A stretch of DNA of 64,000 bases. Origin: Octopus vulgaris (taxonomy: Eukaryota). The stretch covers positions 53,444,001 through 53,508,000 of the forward strand of contig OX597833.1 of assembly GCA_951406725.2 (NCBI GenBank), read 5' to 3'. The position numbers were made by a program, and so were the translations under genes. Numbering within the stretch: position 1 is the first letter of the stretch; every line of letters starts with the position of its first letter. Positions 26,117 to 41,321 of the stretch are shown here, in pieces. The notes beneath the pieces are model-generated. The model made no database searches. It saw only the letters and a program-made list of their open reading frames with translations, and had not been told where the DNA came from.

Positions 26117-28126
26117 CAGCAGCTTTCAACTGGGGTCCAAATGGCCCGTGAGAGTCCATATTGTGTGCAAGGGTCCATATAAGATTTTGGTGGGGTCCAC
26201 GCAACAAAATTGTAAATTAGGGGTCCACACAACAAAATTGTAAATCAGCAGCTTTCAACTGGGGTCCAAATGGCCCGTGAGAGTCCATATTGTGTGCAAG
26301 GGTCCATATAAGATTTCGGTGGGGTCCACGCAACAAAATTGTAAATTAAGGGTCCACACAACAAAATTGTAAATTAGGGGTCCACACAACAAAATTGTAA
26401 ATCAGCAGCTTTCAACTAGGGTCCAAATGGCCCGTGAGAGTCCATATTGTGTGCAAGGGTCCATATAAGATTTTGGTGGGGTCCACACAACAAAATTGTA
26501 AATTAGGGGTCCACACAACAAAATTGAAAATTAGGGGTCCACACAACAAAATTGTAAATTAGGTGTCCACAAAAGTATTTTAAGGGCCCCTGAAAAAATT
26601 TTGCTTTTGATTTATGTATTGGTATGTATTGCAAGAAACAGCTGGGTTTCTTTCTTTAATGTTTTACAGAGTTCAAACTACACGAGTTAATATGTGGGTC
26701 CATATAAGATTTTGGCTGGGCCCACACAACAAAATTGTAAATTAGGGGTCCACACAACAAAATTGTAAATTAGGGGTCCACACAACAAAATTGTAAATTA
26801 GGGGCCCACACGACAAAACTGTTAATTAGGGGTCCACAAAAGTATTTTAAGGGCCCCTGAAAAAATTTTGCTTTTGATTTATGTATTGGAATGTATTGCA
26901 AGAAACAGCTGGGTTTCTTTCTTTAATGTTTTACAGAGTTCAATCTACACAAGTGAATGAGTGGAAAGCAAAATAGGAATTTTTAAAGAAGTTTCTATAA
27001 AACTAGTTTTTAAACATCGAATGGTTATGATAGGGTCCACCAGAATAAAATAGTAATCAAAGGGGTCCAGAGACCAGAAATAGTTGGGAACCCCTGCTTT
27101 AGATGTATGTATTGAAAGAAACAGCTGGGGTTTTTTTTCTCTTACATTTTACATAGCTCAACCTACACAATAGAAATTTTGAAAAGAGTTTCTATAAAAC
27201 TAGTTTTTAAATGTCAAATGGCTATGAAGGGTCCACCAGAATAAAATAATAATGAAAGGGGTCCAGAGACCAGAGATAGTTGGGAACCCCTGCTTTAGAT
27301 GTATGTATTGGTATGTATTGAAAGAAACAGCTGGGGTTTTTTCTCTTACATTTTACATAGCTCAACCTACACAATAGAAATTTTGAAAGGAGTTTCTATA
27401 AAACTAGTTTTTAAATGTCAAATGGCTATGAAGGGTCTACCAGAATAAAATAATAATGAAAGGGGTTCAGAGACCAGAAATAGTTGGTAACCCCTGCTTT
27501 AGTTGTATGTATTGGTAGGTATTGAAAGAAACAGCTGGGTTTTTTCTCTTACATTTTACATAGCTCAACCTACACAATAGAAATTTTTTAAGGAGTTTCT
27601 ATAAAACTAGTTTTTAAATGTCAAATGGCTATGAAGGGTCCACCAGAATAAAATAATAATGAAAGGGGTCCAGAGACCAGAAATAGTTGGTAACCACTGC
27701 TTTAGATGTATGTATTGGTATATATAACAAGAAACAGCTGGGTTTTTTTCTCTTACATTATACATAGCTCAACCTACACAATAGAAATTTTGAAAGGAGT
27801 TTCTATAAAACTAGCTATTAACCCTTTCGTTACTGTATTTATTTTGAGATCCTCTGTATTTCTTTCAATTACTTTAAATATTACAAAGAATTTAGTAAAA
27901 TAACTTGGCTATCATTAAGCTAGTGTCAGGAACATAAATTGTGATTAAGGTTTTGTGGAAGATTTTAATTCAAAACTTATGAAGACAAGACATTTGTACT
28001 CAGAGCCAGGGCCGGTTTTAGCCAGGTTGGTAACGAAAGGGTTAAACATCAAATGGCTACGGGGGTCCACCAGAATAAAATAAAAATCAAGGGGGTCCAT
28101 ATGTAAAAAATAGTTGAGAAACACTA
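26117..28126. mobile_element. hAT-like MITE expanded by internal tandem duplications
   Basis: Start cagcagctttcaact occurs three times. ggggtccacacaacaaaattgtaaatt ~28-bp subrepeats and ~205-bp terminal repeats ending gttgggaacccctg. Confidence 0.65.
27822..28041. mobile_element. piggyBac-type MITE nested in the hAT-like repeat
   Basis: TTAA|ccctttcgttac ... gtaacgaaaggg|TTAA. Confidence 0.88.
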
Positions 28127-29375
28127 TTAGATGATCACCACTTTCAGCTATGTGTATTCAGGGAAGATAAAAAAAAAGCAGTTTTAATACATTAACACAT
28201 ATAAAATAAAAATCTAGGCCCAACTTCAGATAAGATCTAAGGTGATTTTCTGAAGCATTTTCTTTAATTTTTTTTTTTTTTTTTTGTAAAAAATGTACAT
28301 CTTATTTAACATCAAATACTCTATTTTATAGTTTATTTGAAAACATCCTCAAAATATTTTTTTCCAAAATCTGTTTTATAATTTTTTTTTTCATTTTGTT
28401 ATTCGGGAAGTTTACAAAAAGCAGCAAGAAAATTTTTTTTTTTTTTTCATCCTTCCACATTTAAATCTCACCAGAGTTGATAAATTACAAACCTATAAAA
28501 CTACAGAGCCAGTTTGATCAACATTGCTCCCCACATCACCTTCCGTATACAAATTGACACAATGTCTTATCAGTGCTGATCAAATCAATCATTTAAGTGT
28601 TCAATACTTATGTAGAACATATCTCCTATTTTCTTTTTATCAGAAAAAACTGAAATTTATGTTTCTAAAGATTTATGTTTGTTAAGATTTTTTTTTATTT
28701 TGTATTTATTTATTTATTCTTATTTATTTAGCATTTCTAAATTTTTATTAAACTTGTTAAATTCTAATATTTTATTTTCACAATGTGACCATATATGGCA
28801 GTAAAATCTTAAAATCTTGGATTTTTTTAAAGAAGTTTTATTTTATTTTCTATTTTTATTTTCATTTTTATTTTTTATTACTAAAGCACTTCATACTCCC
28901 TGCATTTTTAGGATTTCATTTATTTTATAATAATAATAATAATAATTTTCTACTATAGACACAAGGCCTGGAATTTTGAGGGAGGGGACCAGTCGACTAC
29001 ATCGACCCCAGTGTTTCACTGGTACTTAATTTATCAACTCCGAAAGGATGAAAGGCAAAGTCAACCTTGGTGGAATTTGAACTCGAAATTTAGCAACAGG
29101 CGAACTACCACTAATCGTTTTGCCCACCATGCTAACAATTCTGCCAGCTCACCATCTTCATAATAATAATAATGATAATAATAATAATAATAATAATAAT
29201 AATCCTTTCTATTATAGGCAGAAGGCCTGACATTTCTGGGGAGGGGACCAGTCAATTACATTGACCCCAGTGCATAACTGGTACTTAATTTATTGACCCC
29301 AAAAGGATGAAAGCCAAGGTCGACCTTGGTGGCATTTGAACTCAGAACATGAAGACAGACAATAATGATAATAAT

Positions 29376-29747
29376 AGCAAGAGCACTCAGAGATAACAAA
29401 CCTCCAACAAGGGGACACCAGCATCCTCTTAACAATTAGCCAGAGATGATTTTTAAAATGAGAATATCTGAAATAAACTCAACTGCTCTCACAAACGAGA
29501 ATAGTAAAAACGAACCTGACTGCTCTCAATAATTAAGTAAAAACAAAACAGAAAAATAATCCAGAATCCTTGTTTGGTACTGGATCGATGCCAAAATTTA
29601 ATCAGTTCATGTCAGTCAATAGGCCAAACATCCCTGAAAGTTTCATCTGAATCCATCAGGCGGTTCTTGAGATACCTTGTCCACAAACGAATAAACAAAC
29701 AAACACAACTGAAAACAATACCTCCACCTTCGCTAAGGTGGAGGTAA
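29376..29747 (+). mobile_element. Helentron/HINE-like non-autonomous element
   Basis: Terminal hairpin tacctccacctt-cgct-aaggtggaggta, a related subterminal acctccaacaagg near the 5' end, and (aaac)n before the hairpin. Confidence 0.5.
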
Positions 29748-30231
29748 TAATGGTGATGATGATGTATGGAAGAAATGTTGGATGAAAAAAATGGTGATGA
29801 TGATGATGAGGAGGAGGATCATGATGATGATGATGATAATGATGATGATGACCATGACGATGACAATGATGATGATGATGATCATGGTGATGATAATGAT
29901 GACTGACAGCGACAAAGAAAATGATGATGGCATCTACGACAAACATCATTGATCAATTTGCATTTCCAAGATTTCTTACAAATGGCAATTCTATAGACTC
30001 AACATCAGACAGACAACTAAAGAGTTGCTTATCCTTGCAAGTTTTATGCAAAAACCAAAAAATCTGGCAGTGAGACATCCATCAGACTTAAACCTCCATC
30101 ACCACCACCACCACCCCCTTACTTCCAACTTCAAATCAGGTCTGCAATATCTTGCTATTGTTGTAGTTGAGTTAGACTGGTCAGCGCCCCCCCCCCCCAG
30201 TATCCACTACCCTTTGACATCTTTGACACAG

Positions 30232-30406
30232 AGGCGTAGGAGTGGCTGTGTGGTAAGTAGCTTGCTTACGAAACACATGGTTCCGGGTTCAGTCCCACTG
30301 CCTGACACCTTGGGCAAGTGTCTTCTACTATAGCCTCGGGCTGACCAAAGCCACGTGAGTGGATTTGGTAGACGGAAACTGAAAGAAGCCCATCATATAT
30401 ATGTAC

Positions 30407-30444
<38 letters not shown>

Positions 30445-30451
30445 ATGTAGG

Positions 30452-30504
<53 letters not shown>

Positions 30505-30752
30505 GTATGTATATATATATATATGTGTGTGTGTGTGTATATGTTTGTGTGTCTGTGTTTGTCCCCCCAACATCGCTTGGCAACCGATGCTGGTGTGTTT
30601 ACGTCCCCGTAACCTAGCGGTTCAACAAAAGAGACCGATAGAATAAGTACTAGGCTTACAAAGAATAAGTCCTGGGGTCGATTTGTTCGACTAAAGGCGG
30701 TGCTCCAGCATGGCCACAGTCACATGACTGAAACATGTAAAAGAGTAAAAGA
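30232..30752 (+). mobile_element. SINE family A, full length (other copies about 41325-41610 -, 42378-42812 -, 46626-47036 +)
   Basis: High identity to the other copies. Confidence 0.85.
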
Positions 30753-31372
30753 GAGGTTACTGACAGGTCATGTGACCACATAGAGGCTCCTTCATTGGTT
30801 TGTAAAGAGAAAGTTTTATCAGTTAGATATATCATCTTGTCAATGTTATCAAAACAATGTATTATATAATAGTTATTTGTTAAAAAAATTTTTTTTTAAA
30901 CGGTTTCCTTTTAATCTTTTAGTGAGGAAGGAAAACAATGTGGGTGGCCCTTTACAGGGTCTCCAAAAAATGTGTTGGGAGAGAGGAAGGTATCCTAAAA
31001 CTAAAGCTATGGTCCAAAATGTTTGCAACAAAATGGACTCTGGTAGTGGCAGGAAAACTGAGGTTAAATATCTATCTATCAGTCTGTTCATAATATATAT
31101 ATATATATATATATATAATAAATAAATGCGCCCTTTTTAAAGCCTAGCCAGGCTCATGGGCTCGGTTTCCTGGTTTTTGTGGCGTATGTGTTCCCCAGCT
31201 GGACCGGACGCCAGTCCATCGCAGCGTTACTCATTTTTGCCAGCTGAGTTGACTGGAACAACGTGAAATGAAGTGTTTTGCTCAAGAACACAACGCGTCG
31301 CCCGGTCCAGGAATCGAAACCACAATCTTACAATCATGATGCTGACACCCTAACCACTAAGCCATGCGCTTC

Positions 31373-31410
<38 letters not shown>

Positions 31411-31434
31411 CACATACATACATACATACATATA

Positions 31435-31707
31435 CAGGGGTAGGTGCAAAAGTAGGTATACAGTAAACATCACGTCAATCTTTCAATATTTAATTCATTA
31501 AAATTATTAGCACATTACATTACATTACAACTAACTACATTAGTCAGCTTCATTTTCGATATTTTCTGTGCCATTAATCATAATAATATAATTATCATAA
31601 CTATAATAATACTTTTATCATAACTTTTAATTTTTTTTTTTATGAAGATAAATAAGTATTGTACATGTTTGTTTTTTTCATAACTGTATACCTACTTCTG
31701 CACCACC

Positions 31708-31710
<3 letters not shown>
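31435..31710. mobile_element. Tc1/mariner-type MITE
   Basis: TA|caggggtaggtgcaaaagtaggtatacagt ... actgtatacctacttctgcaccaccct. Confidence 0.75.
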
Positions 31711-31788
<78 letters not shown>

Positions 31789-31953
31789 AAGGGCATCCTC
31801 TTAGGCGTTACAAAGGCCATCCAACAGTAGAAACTCTGCCAGATCAAGATTGAAGCCTGGTGCAGCCACCTGGTTCGCCAGCCCTCAGTCAAATCGTCCA
31901 ACCCGTGCTAGCATGGAAAGCATACGTTAAACGATGATGATGATGATGACGAG

Positions 31954-31984
<31 letters not shown>

Positions 31985-32036
31985 TATCTATCTATCTAAA
32001 TATATGTATGTGTGTATATATATATGTATATATATA

Positions 32037-32069
<33 letters not shown>

Positions 32070-32801
32070 GTATATATATGAGAGAGAGAGATTGCTAGAT
32101 AGATGCTTAACGTCTGTTTTCTCAGTTACAGCTGAGTGCCCTGCCTGTCGTCAAACCTTTTTTTTTTTCTTAAGTAAAGGAAGTTTAATTCCAAAGAAAT
32201 TCAAAAGTTAAGAGGTCGTAGGACAATTTGTTTGACAGAAACTGTCGACAAAATGTTCCTAGTATCAACTCGGATTAAGTCATGTTGAAAGATCAAGGGA
32301 GGTAAGTTTGTAACATTTTCAGTGGGGACTCTAAAGGGCAGACAACTATCAAAACTTTACTAGCAATTTTTAAATTAAAGGTACGGCGCCTCAAATTTGA
32401 GGGAACAAAAGGGCAGTGGAGGTGGCTGAGACAGTAGAAGGGACCAAATGCTTTTATTGCGACTGGCTTAATGTCTCTTGATTCCAGATCCAAATTCAGT
32501 CAGGGTTGGCTTTAACCTTCCTCTCACGGGGACAAATAAGAGATGCTTGTATATAGGTTTAACCTTTTAAAACTAAGATTATTCTGTCAAATGATTATTT
32601 ATTCACATAATTATAAAATAATCATTCATTATCTCATAGCTTCGAGATTTCAATGATGTGATTGTTTATTTTTGCAATGACGTAATAGGATACCTGTGAG
32701 AAATTAAATCTAGCTGGTTTGAACTTATACAATAATTTCATTATTATTATTTAAAACAGGTAAAATATTTGGGACAGATATTGCTGTTTTATATGCTAAA
32801 G

Positions 32802-33020
32802 CAGTGGTTTTCAACCAGGGTTCCATGGAACCTTAGGGTTCCGCCTGTTCAGTGCAGGGGTTCCGCAAGAAGTTACAAAACTGCTAAAATCGGCAGTAAT
32901 TTTTAAGTCTCCTGTGCAGATATGTGTGCATATGACTATTAAAATATTGCACAGGGGTTCCTCGAGCCAGTGGAATGTTCCCTTGGGGTTCCGCTCCAGC
33001 AAAACGTTTGAAAAGCACTG
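32802..33020. mobile_element. hAT-type MITE with 8-bp TSD
   Basis: TIR cagtggttttcaa / ttgaaaagcactg. TSD tgctaaag at 32794-32801 and 33021-33028. Confidence 0.9.
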
Positions 33021-33741
33021 TGCTAAAGTGTTAATTCAATCATTTTTATATATTAAATTTAGTTTTATGACCAGTGAAAAAAAAAAGCATTTCCCAATAA
33101 AAGTAAGTAGGCGCTGCCCCAGCATGGCCACAGTCTAATGGCTATACTTCACAAGAGCCAATTCAATGCATTGTTTTCTAATAATTGAAATACAACCAAA
33201 GATGAATTATGGGTTAGTCAGCTCAACCTTTCAGCTATTTTAAGTGCTATTATGACATACCGAATAGACAGATGACTTCTCCCTTGAGACAAATTGAAAG
33301 AAATAATTATTTTAAACACTAATTTACACATATTTAAAATATATCTAATCGAGAGAACCAATCATCATCATCATCTTCATCATCATTATTATTATTATCG
33401 AGTGAGAGAGCAGAGCATGCCATCAAAGTAACACTGGGGTACAATTATACGAAGCCCAATATACCCATCATGACTACCCGTCTGATAAAGGTACACCAGG
33501 TGCTTATTATTTATTATCATTGTTATTATTTATGGTGGCAAGCTAGGAGAATCGTTAACTTGCCAAGAAAAATTCTTAGCAGCATTTTGTTTGTCCCTAA
33601 GTTCTGAGCAAATTCCACCGAGGTCAACTTTGCCTTTCATCCTCATGAGGTCAATAAATTAAGTACCAGTGAAACACTGGGGTCGATATAACCGACTATC
33701 CCCTCCGCACAAACTTCAGGCCCGTGCCTCCAGTAGAAAGA

Positions 33742-33791
<50 letters not shown>

Positions 33792-36700
33792 TTGGAGGCG
33801 CAGTGGTCCAGTAGTTAGGGCAGCGGAGTCGCGGTTGTAGGATCGAAGTTTCAATTCTCAGACCGGGCATTGTGAGTGTTTATTGAGCGAAAACACCTAA
33901 AGCTCCAAGAGGCTCTGCTGTATTCTTTCACCACGACTTTTTCTCACTCTTTCTTCCTGTTTCTGTTGTACCTGTATTTCAAAGGGGCCAGCTTTGTCAC
34001 ACTCTGTGTCACGCTGAATCTCCCCGAGAACTACATTAAGGGTACACGTCAAGGTCCACTTTGCCTTTCATTCTTTTGGGGTCAGTGAAATAAATACCAG
34101 TTGAGCCCTGGAATTTATGTAATCAACCTGTCTGCTCCCCATAAAATTGTTGCGACTGTATCAAAATTTGAAACCGATATTACTGTGTAGTAATTACTAA
34201 GGGGGCGAGCTGGCAGAATTGTTAACATGCTGGGTAAAATGCTTAGCTACATTTCATCCGTCCTTATGTTCTGAGTTCAAATTCCACTGCGGTCAACTTT
34301 GTCTTTTAACCTTCTGGGGGTGATAGAATAAGTACCAGTTGAACATTATAGTCGATGTCATCGTATTACTCTATCCCTGAAATTACTGGCCCTTTGTCAA
34401 CATTTGAAACTAATATTATATTTGAAATTAGACTGGCATTTGTGCTAGTGGAACGCTAAGAGCACCATCTGAGCATGATCGTTGCCAGAGCAGCTAACTG
34501 GCTTCCGTGCCGGTGGCATGTAAAAAGCACCATTTGAGCATGATCATTATCAGTATTGCTGATAGCACGTGGAAAAACATTTGCGCAAGGTCGTTGCCAG
34601 TGCTGCTGGATTGGTTCCTGTGCAGGTGGCGCGTAAAAAACACCATTTGAGCATGGCCGTTGCCAGTACCGCCTGACTGGCCCTTGTGCCGGTGGCACAT
34701 AAAAACACCCACTACACTCTCGGAGTGGTTGGTGTTAGGAAGAGCATCCAGCTGTAGAAACTCTGCCAGATCAGATTGGAGTCTGGTGCAGCCATCTGGT
34801 TCGCCAGACCTCAGTCAAATCGTCCAACCCATGGTAGCATGGAAAGCGGACGTTAAACGATGATGATGATGATGAATGAATATAACAGAGAAGATGGCAA
34901 AATGCCTAGCGGTATTCCGTCCGTCTTTACGTTCTGAGTTCAAATTCCACCGAGGTTGACTTTGCTTTTCCTCCTTTCGGGGTCGATAAATCAAGTACCA
35001 GTTACATACTGGGGTCGATCTAATCAAATGACCCCTCTCACCTCCCACCAAAAAATTTCAGGCCTTGTGCCTAGCGTAGAACATAGAAAAGAATATTACA
35101 GCATAGTACTAAGTTCAGTTCTCCTTGAGAGCATGGCAGAGAGAGGACAGGATTTCATCAATGTGACTTGCTCTAGACACGCAGCGCAAACATAAAAACC
35201 TTCAGAGGTCTCTCTACTAGCAAATAAGTTCTGCTGCACCCCACAACATAATAATACGAAATCAATACATGTATTGAAGAATGTTTCGCTGACAAACAAT
35301 ATTCTATATTCAAATTACTTAGTTCTTCAGTCAGTTTGAACCGTTGTGGTTTGAATCAAGCTGAAATACTGCCACAGTAATGGTAAATCAGTTTTGCATA
35401 ACTAACTTTATTAGTCTTGGGTTATTTCCAAATAGGTTTGTAATTAAAAGACAACCTATAACCATCAGCCGCTCTATCAATGCATCTACTATCTTTTACA
35501 TTGATTTTTTTTTTCTATTACCTTTTCAAAGTGTATCACAAAATGGGTCAAACATGTATGTATGTAGGCATGTATTATCATGTATGCATGTACGTATGAA
35601 TGTATCTGTATATGCATGTATGTATATGTGCATGTATATTATTTATGTGTATATGTATGTATGAATATATGCATGCTTACATGTATGTATGTATGTATGT
35701 ATGTACGTATGTATGTATGTATGAGTTTATTTTGTTTGTCTGCATGTATGTATATATGCATGTATGCATGTATATATGTATGTATACATGTATGTATGTA
35801 TGTATGTGTTTATTTTGTCTGTCTGCATGTATGTATATATGCATGTATGCATGTATATCATGTATGCATGTACATATGAATATATCTGTATATGCATGTA
35901 TGTATATGTGCATGTATGTATATCTGCATGTATATTATTTATGCGTATATGTATGTATGAATATATGCATGCTTACATGTATGTATGTATGTGTGTATGT
36001 ATGTATGTATGTATGAGTTTATTTTGTCTGTCTGCATGTATGTATGTATGCATGTATGTATGTATGCATGTATGCATGTATATATCTGTGTATGAAAATA
36101 TGTGTGTGTGAATATATGAATGCATACATGTATGTATGCATGTATATCATGTATGCATATATATATGTATGTATGTATGCATGTATGTATATCATGTATG
36201 TGTAAATGTGTGTATGCATATATGTCTTGCATGTATGTATGTATGTATGTATGTATGTATGTATGTATGTATGTATGTATGTATGTATGTGTGTGTGTGT
36301 GTGTATGTATGTATGAATGTATGCATGTATGTATGAATATATCTGTGTATGAATATATGCATACATACATGTATAGGCGTAGGAGTGGCTGTGTGGTAAG
36401 TAGCTTGCTTACCAGCCACATGGTTCCGGGTTCAGTCCCGCTGCATGGCACCTTGGGCAAGTGTCGTCTACTATAGCCTCGAGCCGACCAATGCCTTGTG
36501 AGTGAGTTTAGTAGACAGAAACTGAAAGAACCCCGTCATTGACGTTAGGAAGGGCAGCCAGCTGTAGAAACTCTGCCAGATCAAGATTGGAGCCTGGTGC
36601 AGCCATCTGGTTCGCCAGTGCTCAATCAAATCGTCCAACCCATGCTAGCATGAAAAGCGGATGTTAAACGATGATGATGATGATGATGATGATGACACAC

Positions 36701-37457
36701 ACACATATATATATACCTATATACACGATGGGCTTCTTTCAGTTTCCGTCTACCAAATCTTCATGAAATTAACATGCAAGTGGCTGAATGCTCCACAGAC
36801 ATGCATACCCTTAATGTAGTTCTTAGGGTGATTCAGCATAACACAAAATGTGACAAGGCTGACCCTTTTGAATTACAGGGACATTTCATTTTTGCCAATT
36901 GAGTGGAATGGAGCAACGAGTAATAAAGTGTCTTGCTCAAGGAAGTAATGCTCTGTCAGGTATTGAACTCATGTCCTTATGATCATGAGCTGCTTCCATA
37001 AACTATGAAACCAAGTGCCTTCTCACATACATGTCAGGCTATCCATCATTTACAACAAGTTGATCCGATCAATGGAACAGCCAGCTCATGAAATTAATAT
37101 GCAAGTGGCTGAATGCTCCATGGACATGTGTACCCTTAATGTAGTTCTCAGGGAGGTCCACTGTGACACAGCATGTGACAGGGCTGGCCCTTTGAATTAC
37201 GGGTTCTGTTCATTTTTGCCACCTGATTGGACTGGAGAAATTTGAAATAAAGTGTCTTGCTCAAGGACACAACATGTCACCAGGAATTGAACTCGTGAGC
37301 TTTCTGATCGTGAACCAAATGCCTTAACCACACTAAACCACAGGCCTTCTTGATTTAATGTAGAGGTGGTTCAATTAGCTGTAAAACTGAATGTTCAGTG
37401 TCAAAACCAGCTGAGATTCCATTATGAATGTATGTGTGTGTGAGTGAGAGAGGGGGG

Positions 37458-37533
<76 letters not shown>

Positions 37534-37734
37534 GTGTGTGTGTGTGTGTGTGTCTTATATGATAGTGCATGAAATCAAAATGTACCATGTAGCAGATGGT
37601 TATTTCCCATGCTCTGTGTGTGAGTGTGAATACATGTGTTTTGTGTCTGTGAGAGAGAGAGAGACGGAGGGAGTGGGAGAGAGGGAGGGAGTGGGAGAGA
37701 GGGAGGGAGAGAGGGAGAGAGAGAGAGGGAGGGA

Positions 37735-37822
<88 letters not shown>

Positions 37823-37917
37823 GTTTGTGTGTGTGTGTGTATGTGTGTTTATCTGTGAGTGCCTGTTGCTGTGTATAAAAAGTGAGAAAGAAAGGGGTAA
37901 AAAAAATGAATAAGTTG

Positions 37918-37952
<35 letters not shown>

Positions 37953-39177
37953 GCAAGCAAGAGAGAGGGAGAGACAAACAGACAGACAGACAGAGAAGAA
38001 AAATATAGAGGTTGATAGCTAGATAGAGACAGAATGAGAAAGGGAGATAGAGAGAGAGAAACAGACAGAGAGAGAGAGAAGAAAAACACAGAGGTTGATA
38101 GCTAGACAGAGACAGAATGAGAAAGAAAGAGAAAGAGAAATCGAGAGAGAGAGAGAAACAGACAGAGACCAAGACAGACAGGCAGATAGATAGACAGATA
38201 GACAGACAGATAGACGACCATAACATGCAAACGGTCAGCCAGACGGGCCGGACAAACACATATACTAAAAGATAAAGGGCAGATGTTTCTATATATCTAG
38301 TTATGAATATCAAACAGATATATAAACCGAAGCAAATATCTCTTTGAGACAGACTGACATGTGAGCTGATCTATTCCGAATCATTTGGTCGGTGTCAATC
38401 GAATGGCTCAATGTGACCTTATTGAACTTTGTTACCAACTTGAAGAGAAAGCGAACATTATTATGATTTTTTTTTTTTTTTTTTTTTTTGCTGGAAAGGA
38501 AATGAGAAGTTTAGTGGACATTAAATATAGAAGAGCTTCCTTTATTCTTATATTCTTATATTCCTTTAGTTGTTTTTGTTGTTTTGGCCATTGGATTGCA
38601 GCCATACCATACAGAGATACCATTTTGAAAGTTTTTTTGTTTTTTGTTTGTTTTTTTAAGCAATCAATCCAATGGAAATATCATTATTTTATTTATTTAT
38701 TTTTTGGGGGATTATTTTTTTCCAAATCTGGTGCACATTCTATTGGCCACTTTTTTTTTTTATGCTGCAATACTAAGTTGTAGGGATGTAACCAAACCAA
38801 CACTAGTTGTCGAGTGTTTATGAAGAGGCACAGCACAAACATACCCACACATGCATGCATGCACACACAAACACATGCGCATACAATATATCTACATACT
38901 CCCACACACATGTGTGTATATAACATATATATATATAAGAATTTTTTGCATAATGAGATAAAAACCAAGGCTGTGTAGATATTAGAACAGCTATACAGCC
39001 TTGGTTTATTATCTCATTACACAAAAAAATCTTATATACACACACTGACATAGAACCAATGTTGAACCCCTTATTCGCAAAATTACTGAATCTGGAACTT
39101 AACTATGGTCTGTCTATAGCACTTATCCAGCATTACCTGACACCTTTGGGTCTCAATGACACCATTATCTCTTATAA

Positions 39178-39223
<46 letters not shown>

Positions 39224-40018
39224 TGTGCACATATATATATACACATGCACACACACACACAAGCATATATATATATGTGCGTATATATATATATATATGT
39301 AAACATATATGAATGTGTGTGTATTTGTGTGTATGTGAGTGTGTGTGCGTGTGGCTGTGTATGCATGTACATATGTATATAGATGTACATATTTATGCCA
39401 TGGGCTTCTGAACAGTTTCCAACTGCCAAATTCATTCAGAACACTTTGGTCAACCTGAGACTGTAGTAGAAGATGCTTTCCCATAGTGCCGTGTTGCAGG
39501 ACTGAACCAAAAGCCACAATAGAATAAATACCAGACTTAGAAATAATTCTAAATACTGGAGGTCAATTTCTTCAAGACAGTGCCCCAGCATGGCCACAGT
39601 CAAAATGATTGAAACAAGTAAAACATAAAAGACAGGAAGATATTTACATATATATATATATATATATATATTTCCTGAAACTGTAAGGACATCTGGTAAC
39701 TTGACTGACGAAAGAAAGCCACAAATGACTATCCTTTTTTTCCTGTCCCTCTAAATGCTGTTTTTCCTGTTTGCCTTTGTATTGTCTATCTGTCCGGATA
39801 TTTTATTGTCCTCTATTGCGTCTTTGTTCCATTTTTTATGTGTGTGTGTGTGTGTGTGCTTGTAATAAAAAGAAAGAAATATTTAAATACCAATATACAT
39901 CAATGCAAAACTAAAGTATTTAGTTTTCACTGAACATTGGTATAAACTGGAGAACTAGGATACAAACATCCCTTAAAGGATAATAGGTTCTTGGTATGAT
40001 TAAAGTATATATATATGA

Positions 40019-40060
<42 letters not shown>

Positions 40061-41276
40061 CCATGATAGATCGGTAGCCACTACACATATTTTTTTTCTC
40101 TCCTTGTTTTTTTCTGTATCCCTTTCTGTAAAAGAGCATAGGCTTGAAACGTAAAAGACTTTTTCTATTCCTGAGCGTTATACTAATACATCTGTTTGTT
40201 TTATACACCACCTGTCTTTGTCTTTTGTTTTTTTCGTGAACTCTCCCTATATATATATATATACACACATACATATATATAGTTGTCTCTCTATCTCTCT
40301 TCTTCTTTATCTTGCTATCTATCTATCTATCTATCTATCTCTATTCGCTCACTCTTTCTAGGTAACATAGATCCAACAGATTTAAAGAATTGAAGATTTG
40401 CTAGTGAATTGTAGGAGCAAATACATTTAAAGTTTGATCTCATATCATTATGCAATTTTTTTTTTAATGCTTTTTCCAACATTAATCTTTGAATAAGCAA
40501 ATGGGAGTGTGACAACTAGCATGCCTTCTCTCAATGTGCCTTAAAACAAAACATTTGTTGAAGGTGAATTATCTGGTGGTCAGATTTATGCACCCCAAAC
40601 ATGCAATTTACAATCACTGAACAATTTCATATTTAAAAATTATTTTCATTTGAACCATTTGGCTAAATAACATTAGCATTTATACATTTACCTATTTTTT
40701 TTATTTTATCAGTTTTTATTATGATTTTTATATCTTTACTTCATTTTGATTTTTTTTTTTTTTTTTTTTTCTCACCTCATCACCCATTCTATCATAGGTG
40801 GGCTGTTTATCCACTTTTGTTTTCATAAACTTGGACGTTTTTAAAAATTGTTGATGCATGTTGGCGACTAGAAAGGTCATCGACTTGTATAAACAATTTG
40901 TCATGAAGCAAACAGCTGAAATTTTTATCAACCAGGAAGGAAGGCAGCTCAGGCTTGCTTGCATATATGGTGTCTTTATATATATATATATATATATAAT
41001 ATAAGGAATGGCCCTAATAGGCCATTTGACTCACTAGAAAGAGCAGCCAAACTCAAACAGCTAAATAGTTGTAATTCTGAAATTGAAAGAGAAATAAAAG
41101 CATTTACCAACTATTTAGCGGTTTGAGTTTGGCTGCTCTTTTCTAGTGAGTCGAATGGCCTAATAGGGCCATTCCTTATATTGTTGAATGTATATTATAT
41201 AGTCTTTGACTATCTTTTCTTTCTCACTAGACCGCTGGTAGCGGAGAATTTTTTCTAGAATTTTTTGCTACCCTTA

Positions 41277-41321
<45 letters not shown>

